IMG/VR virus record: IMGVR_UViG_3300009320_000011
Location: 11,152 to 75,151 of that record
Origin: a virus
Strand: one strand, 5' to 3'
Length of the DNA stretch: 64,000 bases
How positions within the stretch are numbered: position 1 is the stretch's first letter; each line of letters opens with the position of its first letter. Under the pieces are notes generated by a model that made no database searches, was not told the origin of the DNA, and saw only the letters and a list, made by a program, of their open reading frames with translations. The position numbers were made by a program, and so were the translations under genes. This document shows positions 9,221 to 19,400 of the stretch, piece by piece.

Positions 9221-10676
9221 TCAATAAGAATTTATAGTTACCACAATCCCAGAATCTCTTATATCCATTATTATACATATTAGCGACTTCAGTTAGGAGA
9301 GGATCAAAATTCTCCAACCGGTCCTTTAATTTATGTTTCTGAAATACTTGTCGATTATATATATTTAAGGCATTCTTAAAATAATAGTAATTTGGTTTGG
9401 TAGCATTAATTAATTTGAATCCATTTTTGGTGTATAAATCACCGATACTAAAACATCTATCAGCATATGATAAGATGTTTTTTGGTGCGTAGTTTTTTAT
9501 AAAATGGGATAACATTTTTGAGAATCCACCCGTAATAGTTGTGAACAATTCAGATGAATATCTGGTTAGTTCCCAATCGTAGTTTTTATCAAATCTCGAT
9601 TTATTAAAACAAATCATAGATACTAATATATCGTCATAATATAATCCAATATTTATTGAGGTATTACAATTACCTTGCAGGTGAGTTCTATCTAAAAAAT
9701 CTTTTTTATCTTTAGCGGATACTAGTTTGATGATACATTTTCTTGCATATATTCTGGTATTCTTATTTAGTTTAGAAGATAATATAGACTTTACAATATC
9801 TTGTTTTAATATCCACTGGTGGGAGAATATATGTATTAACTGAATGCCCTTAAAAGCGCATTTTTTTGTTTTATTAATGTGGTATTTTTCATCTATAAAT
9901 AGATTTGAATGCCAATATAATCCATCATGCTCTACTCCAATATTGTGATCCGGAAGGAGTATATCTATTTCAAACCCATTTAATATTTTTCTATCATTTC
10001 GAATTATTGGAATATTAAAGTTGGATAAATATAATGCTATCTCATCTTCTGGTTTTGATTTATTTGAACTAGATGACTTAGAGCACATTCTACAATGTGG
10101 TATATATCCATCATCTAAACAAGCTTTTATTTTATAACCACATACGGCACACTCAAAGTCATATTGCACTCTGGTTGAAACACCATTTTTTTCAAAGAAA
10201 TCTTTATCAAATAATGGAGTGATATGTTTCCAGTTTAATACTTGATCATACTTTTTTAATCTTCTGGCCATAAAATTATTGTACCCACGACTGCCATATC
10301 TTTTTAATTTTGTTTCCATCATCTTTTTTGGGTTGCTGTAATTTAGATTACCATATCGATCTAATTTTGTTTTATTTATCTTTGATATAATTTCATCAGA
10401 ATGGAACGGAGAATCAACGCCATATCGCTCTATCATGGTCTGCTTGTATTTATCTTTAACATCAGGATGGTTGGTATAATGCACGCCACCATACTTAGTA
10501 TCTACTGTATTTTTCATTGAATTATTTTTTTTGTTTATTTCAATTGGTGATGTGTTCGAACATTTTTTACTACAATATAATTTTGGTCTTTTTTTATTGA
10601 TTTCAAATGTGTTACTGCAATCTGGATGACTACATAATCTAATTTCATACAAATCATTGTTCTTTTTTCTTGGCAT
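9210..10676 (-). mobile_element. Free-standing homing endonuclease (Hef-like, PD-(D/E)XK/Vsr-type domain with a GNAT-like C-terminal domain)
   Basis: Zn motifs, KYG/RYG repeats, EIDILLP..IGVEHDGLYWHS, IYARKC, WELTRY, SYADR; probable start MPRKK at 10676; the only convincing minus-strand gene. Confidence 0.75.
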
Positions 10677-10797
10677 AATAATTTTGTTTTGGTTTGAATA
10701 CAACTATAATTATATCTTTTTTATTAAATAAATACAAGAAATAAAAAAAAGTTATATTTATACTAAACAAAGTACAACAACAAAAAAGGAGAATAAA

Positions 10798-11286
10798 ATG
10801 CCAGACTTGTTAGATCCACAAGAAATAATGTTCACAAGTTTTGAACCGAAAGTAGCTAATAGGTTCATTATGTACGTAGATGGAATACCAGCATATTTAA
10901 TTAACGCAGCAGGCACGCCGAATCCATCATTTGGTGAAATTACACTTGAACATATAAACGTAAAACGCAAATTAAAAGGAAAAGCTGTTTGGGCTGATAT
11001 CACGATATCATTATACGATCCAATTGTACCATCAGCTGCTCAAGCGGTAATGGAGTGGATTCGTCTATCTCATGAAGCAGTAACTGGCCGCGACGGCTAC
11101 TCAGATTTCTATAAAAAGGATTTGACATTTAATGCACTTGGACCAGTGGGCGATAAAGTTGGTCAGTGGACATTAAAAGGAGCTTGGATCAAAGATGCTA
11201 AATTCGGTGATTACGATTGGGCAACTGAAGATGCTATAAAAGTTGAGGTATCAATAGCATATGACTACGCAATATTAGATTACTGA
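10798..11286 (+). CDS. Tail tube protein (T4 gp19-like)
   Basis: FEPKVANRF, KGKAVWADITISLYDPIVPSAAQAVMEW, GRDGYSDFYKKD, WTLKGAW. Confidence 0.9.
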   Translation: MPDLLDPQEIMFTSFEPKVANRFIMYVDGIPAYLINAAGTPNPSFGEITLEHINVKRKLKGKAVWADITISLYDPIVPSAAQAVMEWIRLSHEAVTGRDGYSDFYKKDLTFNALGPVGDKVGQWTLKGAWIKDAKFGDYDWATEDAIKVEVSIAYDYAILDY

Positions 11287-11331
11287 TTTTTTAACAATTA
11301 AATCTAAGAAAACATAATCAAAACTCATTCT

Positions 11332-11371
11332 AAAACTTCTTTTTCGTATACTTATATGAAAGAGGAGTTTT
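11332..11371 (+). promoter_or_regulatory. RBS-sequestering hairpin containing a late-promoter-like motif
   Basis: 19-bp inverted repeat (3 G.U) covering GAGGAG; TATACTTATA at the apex. Confidence 0.7.
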
Positions 11372-11374
11372 TTT

Positions 11375-12252
11375 ATGCAACAATTTCAATGTAAAATATG
11401 TAATAAAGAATTTGAATCATATGATTCTTTACGTCGTCATTCGGGAAATGTTCACAAAATTAAGTCTGAACAATTTAATGTCGACTTTTACCACAACGGA
11501 ATCCATCCGACTTGCAAATGTGGTTGTGGAGAAGAAACAAATTTCAATGGTCGCGGCTTTAAAGATTATAAGCGGGGACACATAGCCAGAATCCATAACA
11601 ACTGGGGACATAACCAGAAAGCAATAGATAATTCATCTAATACAAGACGCGAACAATTCAAATCTGGCGAACGAATCCAATGGAATAAAGGAAAATCATG
11701 GGACGAAACATTCAGTAAAGAAGTACAAGAAAAATTGTTGAATGATCTAAGAGATCCAGTTCGATGCAAAAAAATATCAAAATCACACACCGGCAAAAAA
11801 CATTCAGAAGAACATAATAAGAATAATGCCGCTTCAGTTAAAAAAGCTTGGGAAAATCCAGAGTTGAGAGAAAAACAGAGATTCAATAGGATCGAATATT
11901 TTACAAAACATAGAAAAATAGCAAAACAAAATTAGAAGAAGTGTTTTGTAAAATATTAGATGACATGGGAATAGATTATTATTTTCAATATGCAGTTGAT
12001 GGATATTTATATGATTTTAGGATTAAGAATCAAAATATATTGATCGAGGTTGATGGTGATTGGTACCATTGTAATCCAGAAAGAGGAATTATACCGGAAT
12101 ATGCTATTCAGAAACATACAGTGGAACATGATTTGGTAAAAGATAAAGCAGCTAAAGATAATGGTTATACCCTACTTCGTTTCTGGGAAAATGACATAAA
12201 CAACAATCGAAAAAATGTTATAAAAGAGCTAATTAAAAACATTTATTTTTGA
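11375..12252 (+). mobile_element. Homing endonuclease (C2H2 + CxCGC + NUMOD3-like + DUF559/Vsr-like domain), frameshifted near 11915
   Basis: CKCGCG, HTGKKHSEE and YDF..LIEVDGDWYH..LLRFWE motifs; the two ORFs join if one A is added to the A run (...RKNSKTKLEEVFCK...). Confidence 0.7.
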
Positions 12253-12276
12253 TATTTATACTAAAGTGGAGCATGT

Positions 12277-12537
12277 ATGAAAAAATCAGAATTTCGAAAA
12301 TTGATCAGAGAAGAAGTCAAATCAATACTTAAAGAGGGAGCTGACTGGATTGTATTAGATTCTATACATTCTTTAATTGATAGTTATACTCTAGCAATAT
12401 ATCCAATGGTTAATGGTAAAATCAATATACACGTTGAAGTTGAGCCAGGAACTAAAGATTATAATATGTTGATCAAGAAATTAGATTCCAAAGATCGTAA
12501 AATATACACATCAGTTAAAAAAGAGGCAGGAAAATAA
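12277..12537 (+). CDS. Leader family A protein (MKKSEFRKLIREEVKSILKE-)
   Basis: Shared leader; promoter/RBS cassette upstream. Confidence 0.8.
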   Translation: MKKSEFRKLIREEVKSILKEGADWIVLDSIHSLIDSYTLAIYPMVNGKINIHVEVEPGTKDYNMLIKKLDSKDRKIYTSVKKEAGK

Positions 12538-12538
12538 A

Positions 12539-12802
12539 ATGAAAATATCAGAACTAAGACAAATGATAAGAGAAGAATTAAAATTATTTGAAGCATCACA
12601 AGCAACATGGGAAGTCATATTTGATGATTTGAATTTAAGTGGATTTGATTTTCCACGTGGAGTAGAATTGCGTAGAAAAAATAAATATAAAGTTAAAGCT
12701 AGAGGAACTGATGAAGCAATTAGAAAAGCAGCCAAAGAAGCTGGTGTAAAAGGCAATGGTTGGATGGCAGTTGATGTATATTCTGTGAAAAAAATGGGTT
12801 AA
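12539..12802 (+). CDS. Leader family A protein (MKISELRQMIREELKLFE-)
   Basis: Shared leader. Confidence 0.8.
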   Translation: MKISELRQMIREELKLFEASQATWEVIFDDLNLSGFDFPRGVELRRKNKYKVKARGTDEAIRKAAKEAGVKGNGWMAVDVYSVKKMG

Positions 12803-12807
12803 AAATT

Positions 12808-13326
12808 GTGAAAAAATATACCATATATCGTGGATGGCATTATGCATTTTTTCTAATCGGAAGATTATTCGGATGGCACTATAATAAGAAAAAATTCAAA
12901 ATTACATTTAAGGTAGACCAAGATGGGTATTGGGAACCACCTCGTAATTATGATGATTATGATCTAAATAAGGTATCAGGACTAACTTTTGGATTATTTG
13001 GCATTCATGAAAATAGCGTACGGCTAACATCTGTTCCAGATTTTGATACTAAAAATATTTTGGATATATATGGATATACATATGATTCATCTATAAAAGA
13101 GCATACTGCTAAAATATTATGTAGTATAACATGTGGTATAGAACAAGTAGCAATAGTAGAATTACATGAGAAGCATTATTATTTTTTATTGAATGGTCGT
13201 GTATTAAAAATGAATAATAAAACACCAGACCCAAAACTCCAAAAAGAGAATTATCCATTTCATGGTGGAAATAATACAGCACCAAATACATATAGAGTTT
13301 GGACAAAAGTAGAGGTAATAAAATGA
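12808..13326 (+). CDS. Hypothetical protein, paralog of the ORF starting at 63788
   Basis: Shares YWxPPR..DDYDxNK..GLxFG...HxNSxR with 63788. Confidence 0.7.
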   Translation: MKKYTIYRGWHYAFFLIGRLFGWHYNKKKFKITFKVDQDGYWEPPRNYDDYDLNKVSGLTFGLFGIHENSVRLTSVPDFDTKNILDIYGYTYDSSIKEHTAKILCSITCGIEQVAIVELHEKHYYFLLNGRVLKMNNKTPDPKLQKENYPFHGGNNTAPNTYRVWTKVEVIK

Positions 13327-13835
13327 AAATATCAGAACTAAGACAAATAATACGAGAAGAAATCAATCTTCAGTTAAATGAGAAAAATATAAAAACCCAA
13401 AAGTGGAATAAAGTACAGAGTTGGGAGACCACACCAAAAGGTGTTCCACCAAAATATGAAGCCGACCAGATATTATTTAAAATTGAAGATGATAAAGGAA
13501 AAATAAAAGAATCATTAATAAGAGAAGCTAGTCTTGATGGCGAAATCCAGAAAATGCTTAGAACATTAGCAAAAATTAAAGCCGATCCAAATAGGGAAGA
13601 ATATGTAATAGATGTTGGTGAGTGGACAAGACACCCAGCAAATTTAATGGTTACTCTGAATTACAGAGATAAAAAAATGAATAATAAAATGAAATTTCAA
13701 CCATTACTTGCGTTTCCAAAAAAATTAGATATATATAAGGTTGTTAGAAAAACACTAACAAAATTAGAGAAGGCGGGTTATTCTATTAATATAGGTGGCG
13801 GTGAAAAAAATCTTATAAAATATACATTAAAATAA
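13323..13835 (+). CDS. Leader family A protein (MKISELRQIIREEINLQLNE-)
   Basis: ATG 13323 after GAGG; first ~27 nt identical to 12539; internal LIRE junction. Confidence 0.8.
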   Translation: MKISELRQIIREEINLQLNEKNIKTQKWNKVQSWETTPKGVPPKYEADQILFKIEDDKGKIKESLIREASLDGEIQKMLRTLAKIKADPNREEYVIDVGEWTRHPANLMVTLNYRDKKMNNKMKFQPLLAFPKKLDIYKVVRKTLTKLEKAGYSINIGGGEKNLIKYTLK

Positions 13836-13846
13836 GGAGAAACAAA

Positions 13847-14002
13847 ATGAAAAAATATATTATACCAGCATGCATTTATGCAGCAATAATAGGATTACTA
13901 ATATTTACAATTGTTGAAAAGGCGTGGGTTGGAACTGGAATATTTAGTGCAGCATTACTAGGATTCTCAGGATTTTTATTTTACAAATCAAAACAGAAGT
14001 AA
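13847..14002 (+). CDS. Small two-TM membrane protein (51 aa), holin-like topology
   Basis: AAGGAG RBS; MKKYIIPACIYAAIIGLLIFTIVEKAWVGTGIFSAALLGFSGFLFYKSKQK*. Confidence 0.6.
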   Translation: MKKYIIPACIYAAIIGLLIFTIVEKAWVGTGIFSAALLGFSGFLFYKSKQK

Positions 14003-14005
14003 AAA

Positions 14006-14305
14006 ATGGAATTAAGTAAAATAGCTAGAGAATTAATTAAAGAGGATGCATCTACTCTAATAGATTTGAAAAAAATAGCAAAATTAATACAAGCAAAAAC
14101 CAATGGTAAACTAAAATATATATCAAATTTACGTAATTCTGTTAAAGTATCAATAATGGGAAACGATGATATATTAGAAAAAGTATCTAGGAAAGGTGTG
14201 TATAGAATAAAAAAATTGGGATTTGTAGATACGCCAAAATATTTGATAGATTTGGTAAAAGATTATAGTCCTCCAAAAGGCGGAACTCAATCTTCACAAT
14301 TTTGA
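14006..14305 (+). CDS. Small protein with leader variant MELSKIARELIKE-
   Basis: Short leader ending in IKE. Confidence 0.65.
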   Translation: MELSKIARELIKEDASTLIDLKKIAKLIQAKTNGKLKYISNLRNSVKVSIMGNDDILEKVSRKGVYRIKKLGFVDTPKYLIDLVKDYSPPKGGTQSSQF

Positions 14306-14323
14306 AAAGTAGAGGAAAATGAT

Positions 14324-14845
14324 ATGAAACTAAAAAATCTAATTATAGAAGCATTACCATCCAGCATAACAGATAAGTATTCTCTGCATGATTGGAGACA
14401 TTATTTAAGACAACTGGGACTAAAGCCATGGCATATTAAAATAACACAAAATGGGTTTGAAGCTAGTTTAAGTTCTGCTAGTAAAAATAAACCAAACTTA
14501 AGTGATTTTACACAAGTAAAAGGTAGTTGGGTTAGACTATCTTTTAAGGATGTACATAATAAAAAAATAACAAAATCATTATATGCTCTATTTCAACCCA
14601 TAAAAGAAGAAACCGGTCTAACTAAAATATTTGATAAAACTGTATCTGAATATAAGGAACTTCTTGTAAAACAAGAGAAGATAAAAAAGGAATATTTATC
14701 AAAATCACCAGAAGAAAAAGCAAAAGCTAAAGATGCTTACATAAGATCAATTAAAAAAATCAATAATGATATTAAAAAAGCTGAAGTTAAATTAAATAGC
14801 GCGATAATAAATTTAAGAGTTCCGGCGGAGGATGAATTATTATGA
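14324..14845 (+). CDS. Leader family B protein (MKLKNLIIE-)
   Basis: Shared short leader; internal IKE junction before a coiled coil. Confidence 0.7.
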   Translation: MKLKNLIIEALPSSITDKYSLHDWRHYLRQLGLKPWHIKITQNGFEASLSSASKNKPNLSDFTQVKGSWVRLSFKDVHNKKITKSLYALFQPIKEETGLTKIFDKTVSEYKELLVKQEKIKKEYLSKSPEEKAKAKDAYIRSIKKINNDIKKAEVKLNSAIINLRVPAEDELL

Positions 14846-15144
14846 AATTAAAAAATTTACTTAAAGAAGAAAAACTGGCTGAAGCAACTCAAAAGGCATT
14901 TGGAGGCATAAAATTCAATGTTAGATTTTATCCAAAAGATAATATTATTAATTTTACACAAGTAAATTCAAGAGATAACCCAGATGAAAGTAAAATAAAA
15001 TCTGAAATATCAACGTATCTAAATAAAAAATTAAATTTGAAAATTAATGCCCCCAGATATCCAATAAAATCACCAATATCAGGAATCAATTTCAAATTAT
15101 ATGACAATGACATCGAAGAACTAATACTTCGACAATTAAAATAA
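14842..15144 (+). CDS. Leader family B protein (MKLKNLLKE-)
   Basis: Shared short leader. Confidence 0.7.
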   Translation: MKLKNLLKEEKLAEATQKAFGGIKFNVRFYPKDNIINFTQVNSRDNPDESKIKSEISTYLNKKLNLKINAPRYPIKSPISGINFKLYDNDIEELILRQLK

Positions 15145-15171
15145 ATGTTACATTAAAAAGGAGTTACAAAA

Positions 15172-15990
15172 ATGACAAAAGTTACAGATCAAGAATTAAA
15201 AAAAATGGCCCTAGAAGGGCACACTAAAAAATCAAATTTTCCTACTGAAGTAATTGATTTACCAAGCAAGGGCTTGTTATATCCAGAAAATCATCCATTA
15301 CGAGAAGGCAGAATCGAAATCAGATATATGACTGCAAAAGATGAAGATATTCTAACAACTCAATCCCTAATTAAGAAGATGATTGTTATTGATAAACTAT
15401 TGGAATCAGTTATAGTCACACCAGTTAACATGAATGATTTGCTTATTGGTGATAAAAATGCTATTATGATAGCAACTCGTATATTGGGATATGGTGCTAA
15501 ATATAACGCGACAATATTATGTCCCAATTGTGGTTTCAAAAATAAAAAAATTGTAGACCTAAATTCACTAGAACATAAACCAATTGATGAATCACTATAT
15601 AAGAGCGGCAATGAATTTTCATTTGAATTACCACAATCAAAGGTAAAAATTAAATTCAAATTATTAACACATCTTGATAATAAGCTGATTGACCGTGAGA
15701 TTGAAAAAACAAAAATCAACTTGAAGAAATCTGGTGTCGAAGGAATTGATTCTAGTCTAACAACCAGACTATCTAGTTCAATTACATTAGTTGATGGCAA
15801 TGATGATCCAAAACACATTAAAGAATTCGTTGATACCATGTTATCAAGCGACTCAAGAGCGTTGAGATCATATATTTCAGAAGTATCACCTGACGTTGAT
15901 ATGGATATACCATTTGATTGCGACGATTGTGGTAACGAGGATATGGTTCGGTTAGTACCAGACGTTGAATTTTTTTGGCCTGGGGTCTGA
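15172..15990 (+). CDS. Baseplate hub assembly/tail assembly chaperone (T4 gp26-like)
   Basis: LPSKGLLYP, YMTAKDEDIL, RILGYG, two CxxC pairs, C-terminal FFWP; upstream of the tape measure gene. Confidence 0.8.
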   Translation: MTKVTDQELKKMALEGHTKKSNFPTEVIDLPSKGLLYPENHPLREGRIEIRYMTAKDEDILTTQSLIKKMIVIDKLLESVIVTPVNMNDLLIGDKNAIMIATRILGYGAKYNATILCPNCGFKNKKIVDLNSLEHKPIDESLYKSGNEFSFELPQSKVKIKFKLLTHLDNKLIDREIEKTKINLKKSGVEGIDSSLTTRLSSSITLVDGNDDPKHIKEFVDTMLSSDSRALRSYISEVSPDVDMDIPFDCDDCGNEDMVRLVPDVEFFWPGV

Positions 15991-16207
15991 ATATAGGCCC
16001 GTTCTACATTCCGAGATATTCGACTTGGTTTTCCATTCAAAGGGCGGATTCGACTGGGCATCAGTATATTTTGACATGCCCATCTATTTACGACACTTTT
16101 ATATCAAAAAATTAGATGAGTACAATAAAAAACGGAACAAGGAAATTGAAGATGCAAATAAAGGTTCTAGCGGAAAATCAATTAGCAAACCTGGCATTCA
16201 TCAATAA
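15970..16207 (+). CDS. Tail chaperone extension, probably reached by frameshift at the T7 run
   Basis: +1-frame ORF FFGLGSEYRPVLHSEIFDL..GGFDW..MPIYLR with no good start or RBS. Confidence 0.65.
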
Positions 16208-16248
16208 AAAAGTTAAAATTTTATATTTATATAAAATGGGAGCATAAT

Positions 16249-16437
16249 ATGAAAAAAAGGAGACTTACCGAAGGAATACTAACATCAGTATTTAAGGTGT
16301 TATTTAAGGGAAAAGTAGATGTTATAGAAAAAGCATTAAGAGACGACCCAATATTAAAACAACAAGTAAAAAAAATACACAAAAATTTAGATGAATTAAC
16401 AAAATATGTTGAAGATAATTTTGGTGAAAATTATTAA
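16249..16437 (+). CDS. Small protein (MKKRRLTE-G) before the tape measure gene
   Basis: Promoter motif and GGGAG upstream; TAATG overlap with the next gene. Confidence 0.6.
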   Translation: MKKRRLTEGILTSVFKVLFKGKVDVIEKALRDDPILKQQVKKIHKNLDELTKYVEDNFGENY

Positions 16438-19400
16438 TGGGAAATAATGATAATCTAATAAAACAACAGATTCAAAAATTAAGTTTACAAGAGAAAGAGC
16501 TTAAAAGCAAGAGGAGTGCTCTGCAATTGGAAAAACAGACAGAATCTGTCAAAAAGAAAATATTAAAGTTAGATAAAGAAATTCAAGATGTTAAACAAAA
16601 AACAAATGAAATTCAAGAAAAATTTAATACTTCTGAAGCCGAGATTAATCAATCTGAAGCCGAGATTAATCAAATATTATCACAAAATAGAGATAAAATA
16701 AAAGATATACTTAATTTGTCTAACGACTTGAGTGCTGATTTATCTAAACAACTTGGGGTTAAACAATTAATCAATATTGTAGATCGGGTACAAACTGATA
16801 ATGCTAGAAGAATCAATCAGGATAAGGCTAAGGAATATAATATAAGATTGCAAATAAATGATATAGGTGATGAAATATTAAATAATGAAAAAGAAATATT
16901 ATCCGGCAATTCAGATGGGTTGGATATTTCTCAACAATTATTAGATGTCGAGTATATTAGGCGAGATATACTAGAATCATCTAAGGATCTGAGTGATGAG
17001 CAACAAAAAAAATTATTAAAAGAATTAAATGTAAGAGAGAAATTACTAGAGACTCAACAAGAAATAATTATACATGAAAAACGCAGGAATGAATTAATAG
17101 ACGAGGGAGTGGGCAAGATAGAATCAGCATTTGAATCTATTGAGTCTGGTTTGAAATCTATTCCTGGCGGAGGTATGCTCTCTAAAGTTCTTGGAATAGA
17201 AACATTTGGAAAAGATTTTACCAAAACAATTAAGGATAATTTAGTAGCCGGAAGATCGGCATTTGAAGGACTTGGATCAACTGTGTCATCATCATTCAAG
17301 GTGATTGGAAGCGCACTTACATCAACACTTGGATCTGTATTGGGATTAGTTGCGATTTTTGCAATATTGTATAGTGTATTATCTGGAATCACAGAACAAG
17401 TAATGGAAACTTCCAAAGAGTTGGGAATATCTACTGGTCAAGCTAAGAAACTGGTCGATAATTCAAAGGAATGGGTCGGGCGTCTGGGACATGGATTAGC
17501 GACATCAGAGGAAATATTAAAAGCTCAAGGCGCTATTGTTAAAGAATATGGATCAACTAATAATATATCAGAAGAACTAACTGATAACATACTAACAATG
17601 GAACATGCATTCGGCGTCGCGGGGGAAACTACAGCCAAAGTATCAAAATCATTGGAAGGAATGGGGCTTAGCAAGGAATCAATTGCAACATCTAATATAT
17701 TAGCCGGAAATTTAGCGGAAGCAGCTGGTGTACCAATCGATGCTGTTATGGAGGATGTTGCAAATAGTTCCGAAATGATACACAAGTTTTTACCAAAAAT
17801 GGGTCCAGAAATATATAAGGCAGCAGTTGAAGCAAAACGTCTTGGTCTAACATTGAGTGAAATTGGTAAAGTTGGTGAACAATTACTAGACGTACAATCA
17901 AATCTTGAAAAGGAAATGACAGCTCAAGTAATGTTGGGTAAACAAATCGATTTTGATAAATCAAGACAATTATTTGCAAATAAAGAACCACTGAAAGCAA
18001 TTGAAGTTTTAATGAAAGGTATTGGCGACATAAATGATCTTAATTATTATAAACAACAAGCAATCACAGAAGCAACTGGATTGACTGTTGATCAAATCGC
18101 TGAATATCAAAGAAAACAAAAAGAGATTAATGAATTAAAAATAAAAGATCCAATCGCACACCAAGCATATAAGAAAGCTATAAAGGATTTGGAAGATCTA
18201 AACAAATTGAAGAAACAATCAGTTGAAGAAGAAGCAGCATCAAATCTCGAAGCCAGGAGAATGGCTATTTTGTGGGATGAAATAAAGCAATCGTTGATAA
18301 AAGCATTGGCGCCAATAGCTGAAAGACTGCTCCCAATATTGAAGGCTATAGCTTGGGTACTTAGCGGTATAGCAGAACAAGGTTGGATAATCCAGGGAAT
18401 ATTTATTACATTGGGAACAATATGGGCTGGAAAACTTCTATTAGGAACAATAACTAAATTGAAAAAATTGGGAAGTTTAGCGAAAACAGTTTTTACTAAA
18501 ATGATTTCGCAAAGAGCGGCAGCAACAGGAGGATCTGGTGGTTATAGTTCTTTATTTAATAAACAAGCAACACCGAAAACACCCACCGCAGGTACTGGTG
18601 GCAAACCATCCAAAATGATGCAAGGTTTATCAAAAATTGACTGGAAAAAAATGTTAGCCGGAGCAGCCGCGATGTTGATAGTAGCGGCAGCAGTTTGGGT
18701 AATGGCTAAAGCGATGCAAGAATTTAGTACCGGCGTTAAATGGTCGGGAGTAGCGAAGGGGTTAGTTTCTCTAGGAGCACTAGCAATTGTTGTTGCTGCA
18801 TTAAGTTTTATATCTCAAAATATTATTCTTGGTGCTGTCGCCATGGTGATAATGGCCGGTGGATTGTGGGTATTAGCAAAAGCAATGCAAGAATTTAGTA
18901 CTGGCGTTGAATGGGATGGTATATGGAAAGGATTGACCGCGCTGGGCGCCTTTGCAATAGTTACAGCGGCCATGGCATTCGTGGCACCATTAATTTTAAT
19001 TGGTGCAGCTGCTATAATAGTTATGTCTGCTGGGCTTTGGGTTTTTGCTATAGCGTTACAAGCAATTGCTAGTGTTGATACTGATTCCATCTTTAATGGG
19101 CTCAAATCATTAGCCGATATAGGACCAGGGTTATTATTGGCGGCAATAGGCATCGGAGCTATATCTCTGGCAATGGCCGCGTTTGCTGGAGGATCTATAT
19201 TGGGATTAATTGGGTCTGTATTTAGTGAAATTGGTATAGTTCGCACATTAACAAAACTAAGCAATTTGGCACCAGGATTAAATAGTGTCGCTGAATCATT
19301 AAACTCAATAAAAGCATCAATGGATAGTTTGGATGGAACCAAAGCCGACATCAGTATAAATATTCCCAGCAATATCGAAAAATGGATTGAGCAACGTGGA

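Noticed and set aside
11905-11945. Programmed frameshift in the endonuclease after the tube gene
   Set aside because: A 1-nt loss in an A run is more simply decay or sequencing error; no stimulatory structure seen
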